Shown here: in pieces, positions 30,329 through 39,487 of the stretch
Position numbering within the stretch: position 1 is the stretch's first letter
Layout of the letters: each line of letters starts with the position of its first letter
Assembly: GCA_046539305.1 (NCBI GenBank)
Contig: JBKHHE010000002.1
Location: 35,928-99,927, forward strand
DNA length: 64,000 nucleotides
From: Candidatus Aenigmatarchaeota archaeon
GTDB lineage: Archaea; Aenigmatarchaeota; Aenigmatarchaeia; PWEA01
Reading direction: 5' to 3'
Program-made: the position numbers and the translations under genes
Notes under the pieces: generated by a model
Told to the model about the DNA's origin: nothing
Seen by the model: the letters and a program-made list of their open reading frames with translations, nothing else
Database searches by the model: none

Positions 30329-30726
30329 TGGAAACGGCAATAGGTAAAAGAAAGGAAGCCAGTGCACGAGTCACAGTGGAAAAAGGCGACGGAAAGGTAA
30401 GGATAAACTCCCGGCCCCTTGAGAGTTTTAGCGATGAAATGATAAGGCTAATGGTAAAGGAACCTCTGGAACTGGCCGGTGAACTCACAGAAGAAGTGGA
30501 TATAGAGGTTGACGTCTCCGGAGGAGGGAAGGTAGGCCAGGGTGAGGCCGTGAGACAGGCAATAGCCAGAGGTCTGGTGAAATTCTCCGGAAGTGAGGAG
30601 TTATCAGAGAAGTTCGAGGAATACGATAGATACCTTCTCGTCAGAGATGACAGAACGACCGAACCGCATAAGCCTTCTGTATCCACAAAGGGCGCAAGAA
30701 AACACAAGCAAAGGAGCAAGAGGTGA
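30328..30726 (+). CDS. rps9: 30S ribosomal protein uS9
   Basis: GKRKEASAR, GGGKVGQ, GARKHKQRS. Confidence 0.95.
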   Translation: METAIGKRKEASARVTVEKGDGKVRINSRPLESFSDEMIRLMVKEPLELAGELTEEVDIEVDVSGGGKVGQGEAVRQAIARGLVKFSGSEELSEKFEEYDRYLLVRDDRTTEPHKPSVSTKGARKHKQRSKR

Positions 30727-30730
30727 AAAG

Positions 30731-30925
30731 ATGATAATACCTGTGAGATGTATCAGCTGTGGGAAACCTGTAGGACACCTCTGGGAAGAATACAAGGAAA
30801 GGACTCAGGACGGTGAAGAGCCCAAAGAAGTTCTCGACGACTTGGGTCTGGAAAGATACTGCTGCCGAAGCCTCTTCTTGACCCACACCGATCTGACAAG
30901 TAAAGCCGCCAAGTTCAAGAAGTGA
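30731..30925 (+). CDS. rpoN: RNA polymerase subunit N (Rpo10)
   Basis: MIIPVRCISCGK, RYCCR. Confidence 0.96.
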   Translation: MIIPVRCISCGKPVGHLWEEYKERTQDGEEPKEVLDDLGLERYCCRSLFLTHTDLTSKAAKFKK

Positions 30926-30964
30926 GCCGCATAATCTTTATTTATTAGAAAGACAAATCTACTG

Positions 30965-32368
30965 TTGGTGGACAGCTTGAAGAAAGTCCTTCTGATTTTT
31001 TCGGTGCTTTTTGTATTCGCAGCTTTAATCCCCAGCTCTCTAGCCATGGAAGTGAACTATGAAGGGAAGGGATCATGCAAATTTACCCCCTACACCTATG
31101 AAATCAACGTAACCAACGGACAGGAATCCAGGGATATAATCAGGATTGGGGCTCCACGCAACCTGTCCAACTGGGTTTCAATACAGAACCGTATAATGGT
31201 TTTAGAACCCGGTGAATCGGAGACAACGGACGTCAAGGTTGACCCTCCCCAGGATGTCAAGATGGGGGAATACACGGCGGGAATATCCTTCACTTCGGAA
31301 GAATATCCTGAACTGAGCCGGACCGAGGAGATCTGTTTCATTGTCCTAAGAGAATACCGTATGGTTGCGGAGGAGTTGCAGGTAAAAAAGGAAAAATATA
31401 AGCCGGGTGATACGGTGGAATATTCGATCGCCGTTGAAAACGACGGGACCAAAGACTTCGAAGACGGTGAACTGAAGGTTGAGGTAATGAAGGGAAACAA
31501 CGATGTGAAGTCCGTGGTCACGGACTTCGACCTCGTGGCAGACAGGAAGAAAACGGTCAAAGATTCCTTCTCACTGGACAAGTATGAGAGCCCGGGGGAA
31601 TATGAACTTGCCTACGAAGTAATCGGAGCAGGAAGAGTCTGGACCGATGGCAAAGAATCCTTCGAAGTTGACCCGGTAGCAGAAACGGAAAGGAGTAAGA
31701 CGGTTAACAGGGGGTATCTGGGCTCCACAAAAACTATAGAGGTAAAAAACAAGGGTAACTCGGCGCAAAAGGAAAAGATTATAGAAGAAATTGGTCTGCC
31801 TGCAGCACTACTTGTTACCGCTGAGGAAGCAGAAGTGGAAAGAAGTGGACTATCAAGGATTTATACCTGGGAACTGGAGCTTAAGCCCGATGAGACTGGA
31901 CAGGTAAGTTATAAAATCCATTATTGGCCTGTATACCTTCTTCTGATACTTGTAGGGATTATAGCCTTCAGGAGCTACCTTTACCTGAAAGCTCCCGTAG
32001 TGGAAAAAAACGTCACGAAGAGCGAGATATCTGGAGATAAAAGAATTTTGACTGTGTCCCTGGAGATAAAAAACCGCCTCTTTGGAAGGGCGAAGAACGT
32101 GGTCTTGGAGGATTCGGCACCTTCTGTTACAAGGGTAATAGAAGATTTTGACACTGTGGAACCTAACGTAGAGAGGGGCGAGGAAGATACCGTACTGAGA
32201 TGGAAGATTGGAAAAATCAATCCAGGTGAAAGCAGGATTATACACTACAAGGTTAAGGTGCTCCTGGAGTCCGTCGACTATCTGAAGTTCTCGAAGGCAA
32301 AAATAAGAGGAGGTGTCGACGGGAGAACGTTTGAGAGGTCTTCCTCATCCGTAAAAATAGAGGTTTGA
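30965..32368 (+). CDS. Secreted, single-pass membrane protein with Ig-like beta-sandwich domains
   Basis: Signal peptide, repeated VxNxG strands, one TM, cytoplasmic DUF11-like tail. Confidence 0.7.
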   Translation: MVDSLKKVLLIFSVLFVFAALIPSSLAMEVNYEGKGSCKFTPYTYEINVTNGQESRDIIRIGAPRNLSNWVSIQNRIMVLEPGESETTDVKVDPPQDVKMGEYTAGISFTSEEYPELSRTEEICFIVLREYRMVAEELQVKKEKYKPGDTVEYSIAVENDGTKDFEDGELKVEVMKGNNDVKSVVTDFDLVADRKKTVKDSFSLDKYESPGEYELAYEVIGAGRVWTDGKESFEVDPVAETERSKTVNRGYLGSTKTIEVKNKGNSAQKEKIIEEIGLPAALLVTAEEAEVERSGLSRIYTWELELKPDETGQVSYKIHYWPVYLLLILVGIIAFRSYLYLKAPVVEKNVTKSEISGDKRILTVSLEIKNRLFGRAKNVVLEDSAPSVTRVIEDFDTVEPNVERGEEDTVLRWKIGKINPGESRIIHYKVKVLLESVDYLKFSKAKIRGGVDGRTFERSSSSVKIEV

Positions 32369-32419
32369 ACTTTCTCAGGGGGAAAGATTTATAAAAATAA
32401 ACTAAGAAGTAAGAGAGGT

Positions 32420-32640
32420 TTTTGGTGAGGTCCTTTAGAGTACAGTGTTGTGGTATATTAGGGTCATCCGCCAGAAATTAAGTGTGGAATCATCCCCTAT
32501 TTACTGGTGGTATAGTCCACACTTAATGGTCCTTGTTGGGGAGACAAAGGCCAGACTGGGCATTACCTTCCAAGAAATGGTATTCAGGTAGTCTTGCCCA
32601 GTCATATTGGTTTATTGTTGGTCCTTTGTCTATTTTAAAG
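32420..32640 (+). ncRNA. Candidate structured ncRNA of unknown class
   Basis: 12-bp and nested 9+9+6-bp helices with G-U pairs on + strand; TATA-like box at about 32388. Confidence 0.45.
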
Positions 32641-32734
32641 TTTGGTATAACGATCGTCGAAATAAATCTTTTTGAAGTAATCAAAATGGGAAACCAAGGT
32701 AAATTTTAAAAGTCTTGTCTTCAATTATTAGGAA

Positions 32735-32850
32735 GGCTGGCGGCCAAAGCGGAGGGGCAACTCCCGTACCCATCCGAACACGGAAGAAAAGTCCTCCAGC
32801 GATTTGGTCAGTATCCTCAATCCGAGGAGAACTCCAGGACGCTGCCAGCC
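32735..32850 (+). rRNA. rrf: 5S rRNA, unlinked from 16S/23S
   Basis: GGCTGGCGGC/GCTGCCAGCC terminal helix; CCCGTACCCATCCGAACACGGAAG core. Confidence 0.93.
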
Positions 32851-32914
32851 GCTATTTATTCTCCGGGCTAAGCATAAATACTTAAAAGGTTTGTCACAAG
32901 AATGTTATGTCGTT

Positions 32915-33012
32915 GCCGCGATGGTGTAGCGGCTCAACTCTCGAAGAGAGGGGGCCAAGCATAGAGCCCTGTCGAGGCTCTGACCCGGGTTCAAATCCCG
33001 GTCGCGGCGCCA
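32915..33012 (+). tRNA. tRNA-Asp(GTC) with D-loop intron 32937-32958
   Basis: GAGCC-CTGTCGA-GGCTC arm; BHB GGCT/GGCC; G73-CCA. Confidence 0.93.
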
Positions 33013-33050
33013 ACTAACAAATGACGTGGTCCTTGACCACGTCCTCTGCC

Positions 33051-33191
33051 GGGCCCGTAGCTCAGTCTGGGAGAGCACTGGGCTTTTAAGAACACTTTGG
33101 AAAAACGTTCATGGAAAAATATTTTGATGGACCTTTTTCGAAAAGGTTCTAAGACACCCAGGAGTCGCGGGTTCAAATCCCGTCGGGCCCA
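33051..33191 (+). tRNA. tRNA-Lys(TTT) with 67-nt intron 33089-33155
   Basis: GGGCCCG/CGGGCCC stem, CTGGG-CTTTTA-CCCAG arm. Confidence 0.92.
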
Positions 33192-33338
33192 TTTAAGACT
33201 TTGTGTTTGTAAACATTCATATGGTAAAATCGACGAAAGATTTGGATGAAACCTTTGGGAAGAAGAATCTTCCCAATACTTGGAACTCGGTTCCAATATT
33301 TTCTAAAGGTTTCTTCCTGGATCCCGTCGGGCCCATAA
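33163..33338 (+). repeat. 176-bp exact direct repeat, copy 1 (tRNA-Lys 3' end, 128-bp insert, duplicated tRNA 3' end)
   Basis: Identical to 41180-41355; ATCCCGTCGGGCCCAT at 33177-33192 and 33321-33336. Confidence 0.95.
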
Positions 33339-33460
33339 GAACCTCAAAGCCATTAGACACCGAAACACTTATAAACGTTAACATATAATAGACAACACCA
33401 GTCTTGGAAACTTTCTTGAAAGCAGAGGGTATGTAGTTTTGTTTAAAAGTTGGGGAGAAA

Positions 33461-33706
33461 ATGGCCGAAGAGTATGACGTAACGGACCACATCCAGGTTC
33501 CGAAGCATGAGGTTCTTTCATCCGAAGAGAAGGAGGAGCTGCTCGAGGAGCTAGAGATAAAGAAAGAACAGCTCCCAAAAATCTACGACAGCGATCCTGT
33601 CGTAAAGGAAATCGGAGCCTCAATCGGTGATGTGGTCAAAATTACAAGAGATAGCCCCACTGCTGGGAAGGCAGTTTATTACAGGCTCGTCGTAGAGGAA
33701 AAATAG
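33461..33706 (+). CDS. rpoH: RNA polymerase subunit H (Rpo5)
   Basis: VPKHEVL, QLPKI..SDP, SPTAG. Confidence 0.96.
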   Translation: MAEEYDVTDHIQVPKHEVLSSEEKEELLEELEIKKEQLPKIYDSDPVVKEIGASIGDVVKITRDSPTAGKAVYYRLVVEEK

Positions 33707-33719
33707 ATTGTGGTTTGCC

Positions 33720-35207
33720 ATGAGAAAGGGAAAATTTCAGTCCCTGTTGAAAGCGTTCAAATCTGAAAAGGGCTTCGCGCAGTACCAGATAGATGCCTTC
33801 AACCGTTTCGTTGACAAAAGGTTGCAGGCAATAATAGATGAGATAGGAACCATAGAGCCCGAATCAGAGAAGCTTGGAGAGTTCCTCATAGAGCTTGGAG
33901 AAGTGAGAGTGGGAAAACCATCAGTAAAGGAAGCTGACGGGAGCCTGAGACAGATACTGCCACAGGAGGCCAGGCTCCGTGACATAACTTACGCAGCTCC
34001 CATCTTTCTTGAAATGACTACAAAAGCCGACGGTGAGATACATGAAGAAAGGGAAGTTAAAATAGGTGAGCTCCCGATTATGGTTAGGTCCAAGAAGTGT
34101 CCTCTCTCAGATATGAGCGACGAGGAACTTATTGAGGCAGGGGAGGATCCGGAAGGCCTTGGAGGCTACTTCATTATAAATGGGACGGAAAGGGTATTGA
34201 TGCTTCTGGAGGAAGTCGCACCCAACAGAATAATAGTGGAGAAGAAGGACAAAAAGAAGGTTGAATACGCCGCCAGAGTAAATTCGGAAAGGAGGGGATG
34301 GGGACAGAGGCATACAATAAATAAAAGAAGGGACGGTCTTCTGACAATTTCTTTTGCAAACGTTCGAAAGGTTCCGTTGGTGGTAGTGATGAGGGCCCTG
34401 GGTCTAGAAACCGACAAAGATATCGTCGAATCTATAACGGAGGAGGAAGAATACCAGGAAGAGATATATGCTAACCTCTACGAAACCGAGGTTTCGGACA
34501 CGGAGGAGGCCCTGGACTACATAGGGAAAACCATGAACGTCTCGGAAAAGGATTATAGGAAGGAGAGGGCACAGGAAGTCATAGACAAATACCTCCTTCC
34601 TCATATAAGCCAGGACGAAGAAGACAGGCTTGATAAAGCAAAATACCTTGGAAGGACCGCGAAAAAGATACTGTACATCTCAAATGAAGATATGGAGCCG
34701 GACGATATAGATCACTACAGAAACAAGCGGCTGAGGACCAGCTCGGACCTGCTCGAAATACTTATTAGAAGTAAGCTTCTTGGAAGGGTGGGCCTGATAT
34801 CAAGGATAAAATATAACTACAAGAAGATAGCAAGAAGGGGGAAGGTGCCAACGATAAATACAGTGGTTGAATCGGACATGCTCACTGGCCAGATTCAATC
34901 CGCCTTCGCCACGGGACTCTGGGTTGGAGGCAGAACGGGGGTCTCCCAGAGGCTTGAAAGGACCAACTATGTGAAAACCCTCTCCCACCTGAGGAACGTG
35001 ACATCTCCCCTATCCACACAGCAGGAGCATTTCGACGCCAGACAGCTCCATGCCACCCACTGGGGACGTCTTGGAGCGACGCAGACGCCTGAAGGACCTA
35101 CCATCGGTCTGAGAAAATACCTCGCGATCATGGCATCCATATCTACTGGTCTTGATCAGGAGGAGGCAGAAGACGTCCTGAAGGGCCTGAAAACTGAAAT
35201 TTCATGA
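33720..35207 (+). CDS. rpoB2: RNA polymerase subunit B'' (Rpo2N)
   Basis: PQEARLR, GGYFIINGTE, TPEG. Confidence 0.95.
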   Translation: MRKGKFQSLLKAFKSEKGFAQYQIDAFNRFVDKRLQAIIDEIGTIEPESEKLGEFLIELGEVRVGKPSVKEADGSLRQILPQEARLRDITYAAPIFLEMTTKADGEIHEEREVKIGELPIMVRSKKCPLSDMSDEELIEAGEDPEGLGGYFIINGTERVLMLLEEVAPNRIIVEKKDKKKVEYAARVNSERRGWGQRHTINKRRDGLLTISFANVRKVPLVVVMRALGLETDKDIVESITEEEEYQEEIYANLYETEVSDTEEALDYIGKTMNVSEKDYRKERAQEVIDKYLLPHISQDEEDRLDKAKYLGRTAKKILYISNEDMEPDDIDHYRNKRLRTSSDLLEILIRSKLLGRVGLISRIKYNYKKIARRGKVPTINTVVESDMLTGQIQSAFATGLWVGGRTGVSQRLERTNYVKTLSHLRNVTSPLSTQQEHFDARQLHATHWGRLGATQTPEGPTIGLRKYLAIMASISTGLDQEEAEDVLKGLKTEIS

Positions 35208-35211
35208 TAAA

Positions 35212-37008
35212 ATGTCTGATGTATTTTTGAACGGACGGTTTGTAGGAGAAACGGAAGAGCCAAAGGAACTGGTCAGAGAAATTCGTGAGAAAAGAAGAGA
35301 TGACACAGTTCCTAAAGAGTTTAATATAAATTACAACAAGGAGGAAGGGAGTATACGGATAAACACCGATTCCGGTCGCGTCAGAAGACCACTGATAAGG
35401 GTGGAAGATGGAGAACCTTTGCTATCAGAAGAACACATGAAAAAACTGGAAGATGGAGAACTGGGATGGAAGGATCTGGTTGAGGAGGGTATAATCGAAT
35501 GGGTGGACGCGGAAGAGGAAGAGCTTCTGCTCATAGCTGCGGAAAAGGAAGAGCTTACCGAAGAGCACACACACCTTGAAATACACCCTGCAAACATACT
35601 TGGAATAAACGCTTCGCTCATACCGTTTCCCGAATACAACAGGGGAGACCGTATAAGTTACGGCGCGAAGATGATAGGGCAGACCCTGGGATTTTATAGC
35701 GCCAACTATCCCCTGAGGGCTGATACAAAAAGCAACCTTCTCACCTATCCACAGACTCCTCTTGTGACTACGCAGTCCGAAGCCGCGGTAGATCTAGAGA
35801 ACCACCCCGCAGGACAGAACGTAGTCGTGGCGCTTCTTTCCTACAAGGGTTTCAATATAGAAGACGCAGTTATAGTTAACAGGAGCAGCGTGGAAAGGGG
35901 ACTGGGAAGAAGCTACTTCTTCAGAACCTACGATGCCGAGAAACAGAGGTACTCGGGCGGCCAGGAGGACGAAATAAAGATTCCTGACAAGGATGTAAGA
36001 GGTTACAGATCCGAAGAAGCATACTCACGGCTTGCTGAAGACGGTGTAATCCCACCTGAGATGGAGGTGGGAAGTGGAGATGTACTCGTTGGGAAAACTT
36101 CCCCTCTGAGATTTATGGGGAGCGGAGACTTTGTCACAGGTATACAGAACAGAAGGGAAACCTCCGTAACCGTCAGACATGGCGAAGGTGGCGTAGCGGA
36201 CAAGGTTCTCCTTTCCGAAACGGAGGAGGGAAACAAACTTGTCAAGGTCACTTTAAGGGAGAAGAGAGTACCGGAGCTTGGAGATAAGTTCGCGACCAGA
36301 CATGGACAAAAGGGTGTGATAGGTCTCCTGGAGCCCGAAGAAAACCTTCCCTTCACCAAGGATGGTATAACCCCGGACATAATCCTAAATCCCCATGGAA
36401 TACCTTCCAGACAAACCGTAGGGCAGCTATTGGAGGTTTTAGCGGGCAAGACGGGCGCTCTTGGAGGAAAAAAGGTAGATGGAACTGCGTTCAGTGGTAG
36501 AGAAGAAAACGATTTAAGGGAAGAGCTGAGGGAACTGGGTTTCAGGTCCGATGGAAAGGAGGTACTATACAACGGGATGACGGGTGAAAGAATGGAAGCT
36601 GAAATCTTCCAGGGTGTCGTATACTACGAGAAACTTGAACACATGGTGTCCAACAAGATACATGCCAGGTCCCGTGGACCTGTTACTCTACTCACAAAGC
36701 AGCCCACTGAAGGAAGGGCGAAAGAAGGTGGGCTCCGGCTTGGAGAGATGGAAAAGGACTGTTTCGTCGGTCATGGCGCCTCAATGACCCTTAAAGAAAG
36801 GTTCTCCTCGGACGAGGTCAAACTACCGGTATGCAAAAAGTGTGGTATGATAGCAATGGAAAATGAAACGGAAGGAGAGGTCGTATGCCCGATGTGTAAG
36901 GGAAGTGAAACGGAAGAAGTGGAGATGAGCTATGCCTTCAAACTTCTCTTAGACGAGCTGAAATCAATGGTTATATACCCAAAACTGGATGTAGAGGAGA
37001 TGGTATAA
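35212..37008 (+). CDS. rpoB1: RNA polymerase subunit B' (Rpo2C)
   Basis: GDKFATRHGQKG, GGLRLGEMEKD. Confidence 0.96.
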   Translation: MSDVFLNGRFVGETEEPKELVREIREKRRDDTVPKEFNINYNKEEGSIRINTDSGRVRRPLIRVEDGEPLLSEEHMKKLEDGELGWKDLVEEGIIEWVDAEEEELLLIAAEKEELTEEHTHLEIHPANILGINASLIPFPEYNRGDRISYGAKMIGQTLGFYSANYPLRADTKSNLLTYPQTPLVTTQSEAAVDLENHPAGQNVVVALLSYKGFNIEDAVIVNRSSVERGLGRSYFFRTYDAEKQRYSGGQEDEIKIPDKDVRGYRSEEAYSRLAEDGVIPPEMEVGSGDVLVGKTSPLRFMGSGDFVTGIQNRRETSVTVRHGEGGVADKVLLSETEEGNKLVKVTLREKRVPELGDKFATRHGQKGVIGLLEPEENLPFTKDGITPDIILNPHGIPSRQTVGQLLEVLAGKTGALGGKKVDGTAFSGREENDLREELRELGFRSDGKEVLYNGMTGERMEAEIFQGVVYYEKLEHMVSNKIHARSRGPVTLLTKQPTEGRAKEGGLRLGEMEKDCFVGHGASMTLKERFSSDEVKLPVCKKCGMIAMENETEGEVVCPMCKGSETEEVEMSYAFKLLLDELKSMVIYPKLDVEEMV

Positions 37009-39483
37009 ATGCCCTCAAAAATCGACAAAGTAGAGTTTGGAATCCTGTCGCCACAGCAGATAAAGGAGCTCGCAGTCGCAGAGATAAATAAGCCGGAGCT
37101 TTACGACAAAAGCGGTTACCCGGCGGAAGGCGGCGTTATGGATCCGAGAATGGGAGTAATAGATCCGGGTATGAAATGCAGGACATGTGGAGGAAGCATA
37201 GGAACATGCCAGGGACATTTCGGATACATCGATCTCTCAAGACCCGTGATACACGTCCGCTACGTTAAAACTATTTACAAGCTTCTGAGGGCCACCTGTC
37301 AGGAATGTCACGAACCACTTGCAGAGAAGGAAGAGCTGGAGGAAATGAACGATCCCCTCTACGAGCTGTACCTGAAGAAAAGAAGTAAATGCCCGCACTG
37401 CGACGCGGAACAGGACAAGGTGAAGAGGCAGAGGCCACACAACTTCACCCTGGGCGGCAAGCAGATGAACCCCAGAGAGATAAGGGAATGGTTTGAAGAC
37501 ATATCTGATGAAACCGTCGAAGAATTCGAACTGGAAGGTGGAAGGCCTGAATGGCTTATTCTGACCCTGCTACCCGTGCCCCCCGTCACTATGAGGCCCT
37601 CGATAACGCTTGAATCTAGCCAGAGGTCGGAGGACGACCTGACCCACAAACTAGTCGACCTTATAAGGATAAACCAGAGGCTTGCAGACAATATTGAGAT
37701 AGGAGCACCCGACTTCATAATAGATGACCTTTGGGAACTTCTACAGTATCATGTCTCCACCTTTTTCGACAACAACCTTTCAAGCGTCCCACAGGCCAGG
37801 CACAGAAGCGGTAGGGCGCTCAAGACTTTGGCGCAGAGACTCAAAAGCAAGGAAGGAAGGTTCCGTGGAAACCTTGCGGGGAAGCGTGTTGACTTCTCTT
37901 CGAGAACTGTAATTTCTCCCGACCCAGACATATCTATAAACGAGGTCGGGATTCCTGAAGAAATCGCAAAGGAAATAACCATACCCGAGAAAGTAAGAGA
38001 AGATAACTTTGATGAGCTCAAAAGGTTTGTCGAAAACGGACCCGAAGAGCATCCCGGCGCTAACTATCTTATAAGGCCTGACGGCGGAAAGAAAAAAATA
38101 ACTCCGGATAACTCCAGACAGATAGCCGAGGAACTGGAGACAGGGTTCACCGTGGAAAGGCATCTACAGGACGGGGATGTTACCCTCTTCAACAGGCAGC
38201 CTTCGCTCCATAGGATGAGTCTTATGGCTCACCGGGCAAGGATAATGCCCTGGAAAACGTTCAGAATCAATCTATGCGTGTGTGTTCCTTACAACGCCGA
38301 CTTTGATGGGGACGAGATGAATCTCCATGTCCCGCAGACGGCCGAGGCAAGAGCCGAAGCAGAAGAACTTATGCTTGTGCAGGAGAACCTTAGAAGCCCG
38401 AGGTTCGGCGGTCCTATAATAGGATGCACGCAGGACCATATCTCTGGTCTTTATATCTTGACGGATGACGGCGTAGAGTTTTCAAGGAAGGAGGCACAGG
38501 AACTGATAACTCAGGCCGGCAAGGAAGATGTCAGACTTGAAAGTGAAACCCTCACCGGTAAGGAGATTTTCTCCAGATTTTTACCTGACATCACTTTGGC
38601 CTTTGAATCAGAATCGGGGGAGGAGAAAGTTATTATAGAGGATGGTGAACTAAAAAAAGGCAGAATAGATGAAGCAGCGGTGGGTTCGTTCGCGGGCAAG
38701 ATAACGGAGAAAATAGAAAGGGGCTATGGAAGTGAAAGGGCCAAGGACTTCCTGAATCAGGTCAGCCGGCTTTCGCTCGAATACCTCAACAGAAGAGGAT
38801 TCAGCATAGGAGTTTCCGACGTCGACATTTCGGATAGCTCTCTCAAGGATATAGAAGATATAATTACGGACGCCGAGGATGAGGTTAAAGACCTTATAAA
38901 ATCCTTCGAAGAAGGCGAAACTGACCAGCTTCCTGGCCAGACCATGAAAGAATCCCTGGAGTCACATATAAACAGGAGACTTGGACAGGTCCAGAATACT
39001 GCAAACGAAGTTGTCACAGAAGACCTGCAGAGAGATAGTTCAGCAGTTGTAATGGCAAAGTCCGGCGCAAGGGGCGGTATGATACAGCTATCTCAGATAG
39101 CCGGGGTAGTAGGCCAGCAAACCTTGGAGGGTGAAAGGATACACCGGGGCTACAAGGACAGGACTCTGTCGTTGTTCGAAAGGGAAGAACTGTCGCCAGA
39201 AGCCCACGGATTCGTCCGCTCGTCTTTCAAGAAGGGGTTGTCGCCAGAAGAGTTCTACTTCCTTGTGATGAATGGAAGGGAAGGGTTAATGGATACCAGC
39301 CTGAGGACGAGGAAGAGTGGGTACATGGAGAGGAGACTTGTAAATGCTCTTCAGGACCTGAAGGTAGAAGTAGACGGAACCGTGAGAGATAATAGAAAGG
39401 TTATAATACAGTTCACCCCTGGCGAGGACGGTGTGGACCCCGCAAAAAGCAAGGAAGGTGAGGTCCCGGTTGAATTAAAGTGA
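37009..39483 (+). CDS. rpoA1: RNA polymerase subunit A' (Rpo1N)
   Basis: Catalytic YNADFDGDEMN, NRQPSLH. Confidence 0.97.
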   Translation: MPSKIDKVEFGILSPQQIKELAVAEINKPELYDKSGYPAEGGVMDPRMGVIDPGMKCRTCGGSIGTCQGHFGYIDLSRPVIHVRYVKTIYKLLRATCQECHEPLAEKEELEEMNDPLYELYLKKRSKCPHCDAEQDKVKRQRPHNFTLGGKQMNPREIREWFEDISDETVEEFELEGGRPEWLILTLLPVPPVTMRPSITLESSQRSEDDLTHKLVDLIRINQRLADNIEIGAPDFIIDDLWELLQYHVSTFFDNNLSSVPQARHRSGRALKTLAQRLKSKEGRFRGNLAGKRVDFSSRTVISPDPDISINEVGIPEEIAKEITIPEKVREDNFDELKRFVENGPEEHPGANYLIRPDGGKKKITPDNSRQIAEELETGFTVERHLQDGDVTLFNRQPSLHRMSLMAHRARIMPWKTFRINLCVCVPYNADFDGDEMNLHVPQTAEARAEAEELMLVQENLRSPRFGGPIIGCTQDHISGLYILTDDGVEFSRKEAQELITQAGKEDVRLESETLTGKEIFSRFLPDITLAFESESGEEKVIIEDGELKKGRIDEAAVGSFAGKITEKIERGYGSERAKDFLNQVSRLSLEYLNRRGFSIGVSDVDISDSSLKDIEDIITDAEDEVKDLIKSFEEGETDQLPGQTMKESLESHINRRLGQVQNTANEVVTEDLQRDSSAVVMAKSGARGGMIQLSQIAGVVGQQTLEGERIHRGYKDRTLSLFEREELSPEAHGFVRSSFKKGLSPEEFYFLVMNGREGLMDTSLRTRKSGYMERRLVNALQDLKVEVDGTVRDNRKVIIQFTPGEDGVDPAKSKEGEVPVELK

Positions 39484-39487
39484 TAAG

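Noticed and set aside
32420..32640. SRP RNA or RNase P RNA
   Set aside because: No SRP helix-8 GNRA/SRP54 motif and no RNase P GAGGAAAGUCC-type conserved region seen on either strand.
32991..33388. ORFs over the tRNA-Lys trailer (also 41122-41313)
   Set aside because: They overlap tRNA genes and have no protein-like features; the shared peptide only reflects the DNA repeat.
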